From: a bacterium
GTDB lineage: Bacteria > Desulfobacterota > DSWW01
Assembly (NCBI GenBank): GCA_040756235.1
Contig: JBFLZG010000087.1
Span: 64,001-128,000, forward strand
Direction of reading: 5' to 3'
DNA length: 64,000 nt
Part shown: positions 57,243 through 64,000 of the stretch, piece after piece
Position numbering within the stretch: position 1 is the stretch's first letter
Layout of the letters: every line of letters starts with the position of its first letter
The notes under the pieces: generated by a model
What the model saw: the letters and a program-made list of their open reading frames with translations, nothing else
Database searches by the model: none
Told to the model about the DNA's origin: nothing
Position numbers and translations under genes: made by a program

Positions 57243-57476
57243 TCAGGTCTTGAGCTTTGCGTCCACGTCTTCCTGAGCCAGCTGGAACATCGTCGTGCTG
57301 CCGGTCGAGAAGTACATCAGCGTCCTTTCTTCAATCATTTCGCTGATGATTTTCTTCAGATCCTTCTTGCTGACGCCTTCCACGGCGTCGTGGAGGTCGC
57401 TCATGTAGAACTTCGTCTTGACCTTCTCCTTGCTCTTGAAGAAGTCAAGGATCTTCTGCTTCACATCTTCATGCAT
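57243..57476 (-). CDS. dsrD: DsrD
   Basis: 77 aa, KTKFYMSD and LMYFSTGSTTMF (canonical LxYWSSGSTTMY); AAAGGAG RBS. Confidence 0.88.
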   Translation of the reverse strand: MHEDVKQKILDFFKSKEKVKTKFYMSDLHDAVEGVSKKDLKKIISEMIEERTLMYFSTGSTTMFQLAQEDVDAKLKT

Positions 57477-57580
57477 CGGGCTCTCCTTTGTCGCATGGGA
57501 AACGGTATCAGGGGAAAAACCAAGTAACCTTAGAGTTTTCATGCGGAAAAGTCAACCGGCAGAAAGCTGGGGAGACCCTC

Positions 57581-57934
57581 ATGTCCTCCGAAGAAGAGAA
57601 GAAAAAAAAGGCCATTTTCGAAAGCATGTCGCCGAAGCGGCAGAAGAGGATTCTCGAGAAGGGTTACGAGCAGTGGGATCCTTTCCGGATGCCCAAGGAA
57701 CCTCCATTTTTTTCCGAAGAAGACAGGCGCGCGCGAAGGCAGATTGCAGATCTCGTGGATCGATTCCTGGATCATGCAGCACGCCGCATTCTCAAAGCCC
57801 CCCCCTCGCCGGCTTACATTCAATCCGTTCGGGACATCGCGTTCGGGCTGGCGCGAGGAGAGGAACGCTATCAGGCCATGTACGACTACTCTGTCTGGTT
57901 TGCCGCTATCGCGAAGGGGGCCGATGCCGGATGA
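57581..57934 (+). CDS. hypothetical protein
   Basis: GGAG RBS; IFESMSPKRQKRILEKGYEQWDPF; divergent from dsrD. Confidence 0.7.
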   Translation: MSSEEEKKKKAIFESMSPKRQKRILEKGYEQWDPFRMPKEPPFFSEEDRRARRQIADLVDRFLDHAARRILKAPPSPAYIQSVRDIAFGLARGEERYQAMYDYSVWFAAIAKGADAG

Positions 57935-57951
57935 TACCCCCGGGCGGCCGG

Positions 57952-58689
57952 TCAAGGCTCCGGATCGTGGCTCGCCGGCGGGGCGGCCCTGAGGCTCTCC
58001 AACTCCTGTTCGACGGCAGCTGTTGCCCTGAGGTCTTTGAGTCTCCGGTAGATCGCGAGCGCTTGCTCGTGCCATGAGATGGCCTGGGCAAGGTCTCCTT
58101 TCTTCTTCGAGAGGTCTCCCAGGTTGGTAAAGGTCATGGCTTGGCGGTCTTCCACGCCGAGCCTTTCCCAACGTTTCAGCGCTTCCTGAAAATACATGAA
58201 GGCCTTTTCATCTTGACCCAGCAGTCGGTGCATCTTGGCGATCCGGTCCAGCAGGATCCCGCAGCCCAGAGCGTCCTCGAAGGTCGAACAGATCTCGAGG
58301 GCCTCCTGGTAAGGGAGGAGGGCCTTTTGCGGGTCCTCCCGGGACCAGTGGATGTCCCCGAGAAGAAGAGAGGCCCGCACCCGGTTCTTCTTGTCGTCAG
58401 CTGTGAGGCAGGTGTGATAAGCCGACTTGCACAGGATCTCGGCCTGCTCCGCGTGCCCGGCCGCCAGGTGAAGCTCGGCAAGGGACAGGGAGACGACCGC
58501 TTCGCCGAAAGTGTTGTGGTGTTTCCTGCAGAGGGCGCAAGCTTCTTCGAGGAGCGGGAGGGCTTGCTGGAAATCGCCTTTCTCCCGGTGAGTGTCCCCC
58601 AGCTTGAAGGCCAGGTTCGCCATTCGGGTCTCATCACCCTGTTGGCGGGCCTCCGAGAGAAGCTCGCTCATCCGTTCCATCGAGTGCAT
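57952..58689 (-). CDS. tetratricopeptide repeat protein (MalT/TPR_12-like)
   Basis: ~40-aa helical repeats; AAAGGA RBS before ATG 58689. Confidence 0.8.
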   Translation of the reverse strand: MHSMERMSELLSEARQQGDETRMANLAFKLGDTHREKGDFQQALPLLEEACALCRKHHNTFGEAVVSLSLAELHLAAGHAEQAEILCKSAYHTCLTADDKKNRVRASLLLGDIHWSREDPQKALLPYQEALEICSTFEDALGCGILLDRIAKMHRLLGQDEKAFMYFQEALKRWERLGVEDRQAMTFTNLGDLSKKKGDLAQAISWHEQALAIYRRLKDLRATAAVEQELESLRAAPPASHDPEP

Positions 58690-58785
58690 ACAGGTTCCTT
58701 TTCCCCCGGCTGCTCTTATAATCATACCGGAAAGCGTCGACAAAAACATCCCTTTCAAAAGGGCCGAGCAGGAGACGAGGCAGGC

Positions 58786-59145
58786 ATGGACAAGAGGATC
58801 GAGGGGAAGGGGCGCCCGGATTCGGAGGAGGCTGCCCGCAGGCGCTTCGAATCGGTGAACGAAGTCGGACGCATTCTGGTGCGGAAAGGCCTTCTGGATC
58901 CCGGTGAAGAGCTGGTCGGCGCCATGTTGGAGGACCTCGTTCACTATGCCTATTTCACCGGCTGCATCTCCAGAACGAAAGTGAAGGAGCTTCTTGGCTT
59001 GACGGATGAGGCGGCCAAGGACCGGGTCAGGACGTGGAAGAGATGGCATGAGGGCAACAAGCATTGTCAGGCCCGGTGGAATCCCATGTACGAGGCCTGG
59101 CAGAACCAGGGCGAGGGACCTGAAGGGGCGACAGAAGAGAGCTGA
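58786..59145 (+). CDS. hypothetical protein
   Basis: GAGG RBS, GC3-rich codons, possible HTH ISRTKVKELLGLT. Confidence 0.65.
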   Translation: MDKRIEGKGRPDSEEAARRRFESVNEVGRILVRKGLLDPGEELVGAMLEDLVHYAYFTGCISRTKVKELLGLTDEAAKDRVRTWKRWHEGNKHCQARWNPMYEAWQNQGEGPEGATEES

Positions 59146-59257
59146 AGAGCCCTGCCTGTTCGCGTCAGTGTGGGGCGGCCGCCGTCGCGGGCTTTCATCG
59201 CCCGCGGATTGCCGCTATAATGGGCTCATCTGAGGGTCGAAGGAGAGGAGAAGGAAG

Positions 59258-59500
59258 TTGCCCCTATACGAATTCACATGCCAGCAGTGCGGCAGGCTCT
59301 GCGAATTCCTTGTGCGGAGCTCGACGGAAAAGGTCGAGCTCCGCTGTCCCGCTTGCGGTTGCGAACGACTGCAGCGGGTGTTGAGCCGGGTCAACTCCGT
59401 GGTTGCCGGTTCCGGCGGAGGAGCGGATTCCTCCGTGGAACACCGGTCCTGCCCTTCCGGAACCTGCTCTACCATCACCTTGCCTGGACACTCGCGATAG
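59258..59500 (+). CDS. FmdB-family zinc-ribbon protein
   Basis: MPLYEFTCQQCG...CPACG...RVLS; TTG start with strong RBS. Confidence 0.88.
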   Translation: MPLYEFTCQQCGRLCEFLVRSSTEKVELRCPACGCERLQRVLSRVNSVVAGSGGGADSSVEHRSCPSGTCSTITLPGHSR

Positions 59501-59650
59501 CGGTGATAGGCTGTTTCCGCCCGCTCCGTTGGCCGGGGCGGCCCGCGGGCATCTCGAGACGGTGTGCCGCGCACAGCCCCCATCTGAGAGCCCGATCCGG
59601 GAAACGACAGCCGTCCGGCACGCAGTCTGTAACACAGGAAAGGATGCAAG

Positions 59651-60463
59651 ATGAAAGACCCCTCCAAGTCAAGCGCACCGCCTTCCCGGAGACCCCTGCT
59701 GAAACCATCGAGCCGGGTCAAGTTCGAATGCAGGCCCGGCCTGCCGTGCTTCACGGCCTGTTGCCAGGACGTGAATATATTCCTCTCCTCCTACGACATC
59801 CTCCGTCTCAAGAATCGCCTTCAAGTGACCTCTGGCGACTTCCTGGAGCGGTACACGAAGACGCTACTTTCCCCCTCAGGGGCAATTCCTCTGGTGCAGC
59901 TCAAAATGCAGGAATCGGACAAGCGGTGCCCTTTCGTTACCCCCGAAGGCTGCACGGTTTACTCGGACCGCCCCTGGGCCTGCCGCATGTACCCGATCGA
60001 CCGGACGGACGCAGGCGGGGAGTACTTCTTTATCGCCGAGAACGAAGTGTGTCGCGGTCGAAACGAGCCCAAGGAATGGGCGATCGAGGACTGGCTCACG
60101 GACCAGGGTGTCGAGCCCTACGAGGAGATGGACGACCGTTTCTCGATCGTGACCCGGAACCCGCGGCTGATGAAGGAGAAGCTCCAGGACCCGAGGATGC
60201 AGAAGATGTTCTGGATGGCTTTTTACGACCTGGACACCTTCCGCCGCTTCGTCTACGAGAGCCGTTTCCTTCAGACCTTCGAAGTGGAGCCGGAGATGGT
60301 GGAGCTGGCCCGCAAGGACGACATGGCTCTCCTGCACCTGGCGCTCCGGTGGCTTCAGTTCGGGCTGGTCTGCGCCGATGTCCTGCCGATTCGGGAGGAA
60401 GTGCTCAAAGCGAAGAAGGCTGCGCAGGAAGAAGCCGGGAAGAAAGCCTCGGACGCAGAGTGA
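59651..60463 (+). CDS. YkgJ-family cysteine-cluster protein (paralog 1)
   Basis: C..GLPCFTACC, YDILRL, CPF...GCTVY.DRP.ACRMYP, C. Confidence 0.88.
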   Translation: MKDPSKSSAPPSRRPLLKPSSRVKFECRPGLPCFTACCQDVNIFLSSYDILRLKNRLQVTSGDFLERYTKTLLSPSGAIPLVQLKMQESDKRCPFVTPEGCTVYSDRPWACRMYPIDRTDAGGEYFFIAENEVCRGRNEPKEWAIEDWLTDQGVEPYEEMDDRFSIVTRNPRLMKEKLQDPRMQKMFWMAFYDLDTFRRFVYESRFLQTFEVEPEMVELARKDDMALLHLALRWLQFGLVCADVLPIREEVLKAKKAAQEEAGKKASDAE

Positions 60464-60504
60464 AGCGCGAGCGGTCGAGAGAAGGGCAGAGGAGGGTCGT
60501 TTGC

Positions 60505-61278
60505 ATGCCGCCGACGGACCATGAAGGTGTTCTCGAACCCCTTCCGGAAACAGGCCTGCGGTTCTCGTGTCACCCCTCCGTCCCCTGTTTCAACGTCTGC
60601 TGCCGCGACCTCCGTCTCACCCTGACTCCCTACGACATCCTCCGCATGAAGAAAGCGGCCGGCCTGCCCTCGAGCGCTTTTCTGGAGCAGTATACGTTCG
60701 TCGAAACCGATCCGGAGTGGAAGATCCCGGTCATCAGGCTCCAGATGTCGGATGATCCCGTGCGGTCCTGTCCTTTCGTGCGCGCGGGCGGCTGCAGCAT
60801 TTATGCGGACCGCCCCGCAGCTTGCAGGACCTATCCTCTGGGCCGTGCATCCAGACGGGGTCCCGACGGTACGGAGGAACACTATTTTATGGTTCGGGAG
60901 GCGCACTGCCTGGGCTTCCGGGAGGGCAAGCTCTGGACGGTTCCGGAATGGCTGAGAGATCAGGGTCTCGCGACTTACAACGAATGGACCGATCGTTGGA
61001 TGGGATTCCTGTCCACGTACAGACCGGGAGCGCGCGACCTGAGCGAAGCCCAGTGGAAGATGTTCTACATGGGATGCTACAGTCTGGACCGCTTCCGCGA
61101 ATTCGCCTTCGGCACGCGCCTGCTGTCGCTCGTCGAGATTTCCGAAGAGCGGTTGGAGCGTTTGCGCCGGAACGAGGAAGCGCTGCTGAGCTTTGCCCTG
61201 CAGTGGCTCGCCTTTTCGATCTTCGGTGAGCCGGTTCTCAAGCTGCGCCGCGCATCACTCGACGATGCCAGGCCTTAG
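60505..61278 (+). CDS. YkgJ-family cysteine-cluster protein (paralog 2)
   Basis: CHPSVPCFNVCC, LTPYDILRM, CPF...GCSIY.DRP.ACRTYP, HCLG. Confidence 0.88.
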   Translation: MPPTDHEGVLEPLPETGLRFSCHPSVPCFNVCCRDLRLTLTPYDILRMKKAAGLPSSAFLEQYTFVETDPEWKIPVIRLQMSDDPVRSCPFVRAGGCSIYADRPAACRTYPLGRASRRGPDGTEEHYFMVREAHCLGFREGKLWTVPEWLRDQGLATYNEWTDRWMGFLSTYRPGARDLSEAQWKMFYMGCYSLDRFREFAFGTRLLSLVEISEERLERLRRNEEALLSFALQWLAFSIFGEPVLKLRRASLDDARP

Positions 61279-61533
61279 GTGGTCCGGCGAACAGACGGGC
61301 AGAGGGCCGCTGGATCCCGTTTCCGGGTTGAGGCTGTGACGGTAGGAGCAACGGGTGCCGTATTTCTCCATCATCCAGGCCCAGCCGCGCACATAATACG
61401 GGCACTCGTCGTGAAAACAGACGTACTTGGTTTCTCCCGCCCAGTCGGACTCGACCGGAGAGACCCACTTGCTCATCTGCCTGCCGCAGTGAGGGCAGGA
61501 GTAGGATGTGTTCGTCATGGTTGTGTCTCCCAT
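61255..61533 (-). CDS. small Cys-rich (zinc-finger-like) protein
   Basis: CPHCG...YVCFHDECPYYVRGW; convergent 24-nt overlap with YkgJ paralog 2. Confidence 0.75.
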   Translation of the reverse strand: MGDTTMTNTSYSCPHCGRQMSKWVSPVESDWAGETKYVCFHDECPYYVRGWAWMMEKYGTRCSYRHSLNPETGSSGPLPVCSPDHLRPGIVE

Positions 61534-61673
61534 TCTTGCACGCGCCGACGAGCAGAGAAACGGACGAAATCACCGGCTGCCGTGAGCACATTGCGTTTGG
61601 ATGCGGGCACTTTTGAGAGAATACCAGCGACAGCCGCCGCAGTAAAGATGACGCCCGTGTAAGGGTCCGTTGC

Positions 61674-61737
61674 TTGACAAGCAAAGCCGGGTTATGTTAA
61701 AAGGAAAAACTCTACTCGGTGAATGAATAATCATTCA
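61674..61737 (+). promoter_or_regulatory. sigma70 promoter followed by palindromic operator TGAATGA-ATAA-TCATTCA
   Basis: TTGACA 61674-61679, TG-N-TAAAAG, operator 61720-61737 identical to 45110-45127. Confidence 0.8.
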
Positions 61738-61797
61738 ATAGCAGGTCATTTGTCCTCCCTGCGCCAGAGCCTCCCGGGAGGCCAGGTTCCCCTGGTG

Positions 61798-63216
61798 ATG
61801 CCGAAGGGACTTCCGCGTATTCTGATTACGGCCTTTCGAGGTGGCTCGGGCAAGAGCCTGGTCAGCCTGGGGGTCATTGCTTCCTTGCGGTCCCGCGGCA
61901 GGAAGGTCGCCGTTTTCAAGAAGGGCCCGGACTACATCGATGCCGCCTGGCTGAGCCGGGCCGGCGGCTCGCCCTGCTTCAATCTGGATACTTATCTGAT
62001 GGGCGACCAGGGTGTGCGATCTTCCTTCGAGCGCAGGACGCGAGGGGCAGATCTCGCCGTGGTGGAAGGCAACCGGGGGCTGTTCGACGGCGTGGATGTC
62101 GAGGGCCTTCACAGCTCCGCAGCGCTCGCAAAACTCATCGGGCTGTCGGTTTTCATCGTCGCCGATTGCACCAAGTCCACGCGCACGCTGGCGGCTCTGG
62201 TCAAGGGCTGTCAGAGTCTGGACCCGGGGGTCTCCATCCGGGGGATCGTGCTGAACCAGGTGGCCAACGCGCGGCAGGAATCGATCATCAAGGGGAGCAT
62301 CGAGAAGTACTGCGCGCTTCCGGTGGTGGGATCTCTTCCCCGGATCCCGGCTCTCAGGTTCCCGGAGCGCCACCTCGGTCTCTTTCCTCCGCAGGAACAT
62401 GGGGACGCTGAAGCGACGATACGGCTGATACAGGAAGCGGTCGAGCGCTACTTGGACCTGGAGAGATTGCTCTTTCTGGCGGGGCAGGATGCTGCGGAGG
62501 CCTCCCATCCTCAGGGAACGCAGATCGCCCGCGGCCAGGGAATCCCCTCACAATCGTGTGAACGGCCGTCCTGCGGCCTCCGCGTAGGAATTTTTCGAGA
62601 CCAGGCTTTTCACTTCTATTACCCGGAAAATCTGGAGATGCTCCGGGAGGGCGGGGCTGAAATCATCGAGCTGGATGCTTCCCGGGAGGGCGCTCTGCCT
62701 CATTTAGACGCTCTGTACATCGGGGGAGGCTTCCCCGAGACCCAGGCGGAGGCGCTTGCGGGGAACCGGGACTTCATGCATTCCGTCCGCGAGGCGGTGG
62801 AAGCGGGGCTGCCGGTTTACGCCGAATGCGGGGGTGCGGTCTATCTGGGGAAGGGGTTGAAGTGGAAGGGACGGTTCTACCCGTTCGCAGGAGTGTTCCC
62901 GGTCACGTATGAATTGCATGAGAAGCCGCAGGGGCACGGATATACGTTGCTGGATGTGGAAGATGAAAATCCGTTTTTCCCCAGGGGCGTTCGCTTGAAG
63001 GGACACGAATTCCATTACTCGGGCGTCCTGCGGTGGGAAGAGCAGGACCTCCGGTTCGCCTGCAAGGTCAGAAAAGGGTACGGGTTCGACGGGTCCAGAG
63101 AAGGGCTGTGCTACCGGAATGCCTATGCCACGTTCTCCCATTTGCATGCCCTGGGAGAGCCCGACTGGGCCAACCGTTTTTTGAAGCGCGCGGCCATGGA
63201 GGCCGCTGCAGGATAG
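61798..63216 (+). CDS. dsrN: DsrN (siroheme amidase, CbiA/CobB family)
   Basis: RGGSGKS, FKKGPDYID, EGNRGLFDG, ERHLGL, GGGFPE, AECGG, GHEFHYS; dsr context. Confidence 0.88.
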   Translation: MPKGLPRILITAFRGGSGKSLVSLGVIASLRSRGRKVAVFKKGPDYIDAAWLSRAGGSPCFNLDTYLMGDQGVRSSFERRTRGADLAVVEGNRGLFDGVDVEGLHSSAALAKLIGLSVFIVADCTKSTRTLAALVKGCQSLDPGVSIRGIVLNQVANARQESIIKGSIEKYCALPVVGSLPRIPALRFPERHLGLFPPQEHGDAEATIRLIQEAVERYLDLERLLFLAGQDAAEASHPQGTQIARGQGIPSQSCERPSCGLRVGIFRDQAFHFYYPENLEMLREGGAEIIELDASREGALPHLDALYIGGGFPETQAEALAGNRDFMHSVREAVEAGLPVYAECGGAVYLGKGLKWKGRFYPFAGVFPVTYELHEKPQGHGYTLLDVEDENPFFPRGVRLKGHEFHYSGVLRWEEQDLRFACKVRKGYGFDGSREGLCYRNAYATFSHLHALGEPDWANRFLKRAAMEAAAG

Positions 63217-63267
63217 AGGCCAAGGAGTTTTTGAGCCAGACACCCCAAGAGCTAGGAGGAAACCAAG

Positions 63268-63585
63268 ATGCCAACCACGGAGTTGGGCGGGAAGCCGGTC
63301 GAGGTGGATGAGGATGGATTCATCCAGCAGCCTGAACAGTGGGACGTGAACGTTGCCGCCGATCTGGCCAGGACCGAAGGTGTGGAGCAGATGGGGGACG
63401 ATCACTGGAAGCTGGTGAATTATATCCGGGACTACTACCAGAAATTCGGCATTGCTCCCATGGTGCGGAAGCTCTGCAAAGATTTGGATTTCAAGCTCAA
63501 GTACATCTACGAGCTGTTCCCCTCAGGACCGGCGAAGGGTGCCTGCAAGGTCGCTGGCCTGCCCAAGCCGACCGGATGCGTGTGA
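63268..63585 (+). CDS. dsrC: DsrC
   Basis: VDEDGF, LFPSGPAKGACKVAGLPKPTGCV with both C-terminal Cys. Confidence 0.96.
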   Translation: MPTTELGGKPVEVDEDGFIQQPEQWDVNVAADLARTEGVEQMGDDHWKLVNYIRDYYQKFGIAPMVRKLCKDLDFKLKYIYELFPSGPAKGACKVAGLPKPTGCV

Positions 63586-63900
63586 TTCCTGAAGCGGCCG
63601 TGCCCCGGCCCCGTAAGGGCGGTCTCCTGGAGGCCCGGCGGGTGGGACCTGAGAAGGGTCCGTGCCCGCTGGCTCCAGGGCTCGCCGTGTCAGAGATGAA
63701 GCTCGCCGGTCGCTCCACATCTCCGGGAAGGAGACGGGGCTGCGCTTCCACTCGAGGAACGGTGAAGTTCGGATCCGTCCTTCCAGCCTGGTCCCCTTTC
63801 CCCGCAGCCAGGTGACGACCCGTTCGCATGAGCTGCTCTGGAACGCTTGGAGACCTGGGGGGGCCGCCCCAGAAGGACGGGCAATGGGTTCATCCTCGGA

Positions 63901-64000
63901 ATGCTGCAACAACTCCTGACTCAGAAGAAGCTCTCGGTCCTCAAGAAATGGTTCCAGGCCGTCGTGGACACCTATCCACCCGATACTTCCCAGTTCCTGA
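63901..64000 (+). CDS. dsrT: DsrT (RsbRD N-terminal domain), 5' part only
   Basis: Not in ORF track; hand translation MLQQLLTQKKLSVLKKWFQAVVDTYPPDTSQFL with the W...TYP motif; follows dsrC. Confidence 0.75.
   Translation, partial: MLQQLLTQKKLSVLKKWFQAVVDTYPPDTSQFL

Noticed and set aside
59278..60504. 666-aa ORF extending YkgJ paralog 2
   Set aside because: Upstream portion overlaps FmdB and YkgJ paralog 1 in another frame; GAGGAGG RBS precedes ATG 60505
61723..61797. dsrN start at ATG 61723
   Set aside because: This ATG lies within the palindromic operator; the CbiA-like sequence begins near 61798
1..64000. tRNA, rRNA, prophage, selenocysteine read-through or frameshifted pseudogenes
   Set aside because: None recognised; qmo/dsr/RNR frames are continuous with Cys at the expected positions

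Overview
GC-rich bacterial window, most consistent with a sulfate-reducing Desulfobacterota ('Deltaproteobacteria') genome. 1-6.6 kb: PEP-CTERM-associated exopolysaccharide locus (RfaH/NusG paralog, ACP, priming sugar transferase, Wzc-type kinase and co-polymerase, Wza, PEP-CTERM protein with a sigma54 promoter). 6.9-35.7 kb: NifU, class II RNR with NrdR boxes, tmk-holB-PSP1-tatD, SDR, ROK kinase, a MerR / ParA-CBM48 / MinD-like trio, a corrinoid methyltransferase module, a Mo-oxidoreductase and other metabolic genes. 35.8-64 kb: an unusually complete dissimilatory sulfate-reduction cluster (dsrMK-like pair, two Cys-PAS sigma54 activators, sat, aprBA, qmoABC, dsrAB, an inverted dsrD, unknown accessory genes, dsrN, dsrC, start of dsrT). 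The best leads are: (i) a ParA ATPase fused to a glycogen-binding module with a MinD-like partner; (ii) an identical 20-bp palindromic operator behind the aprBA and dsrN-dsrC-dsrT promoters; (iii) an OrpR-like sigma54 circuit with a degenerate activator upstream of a second dsrMK; (iv) a ~125-nt hairpin repeat family with compensatory base changes that sits at stop codons. All calls come from reading the sequence and ORF track by eye; no searches were run.
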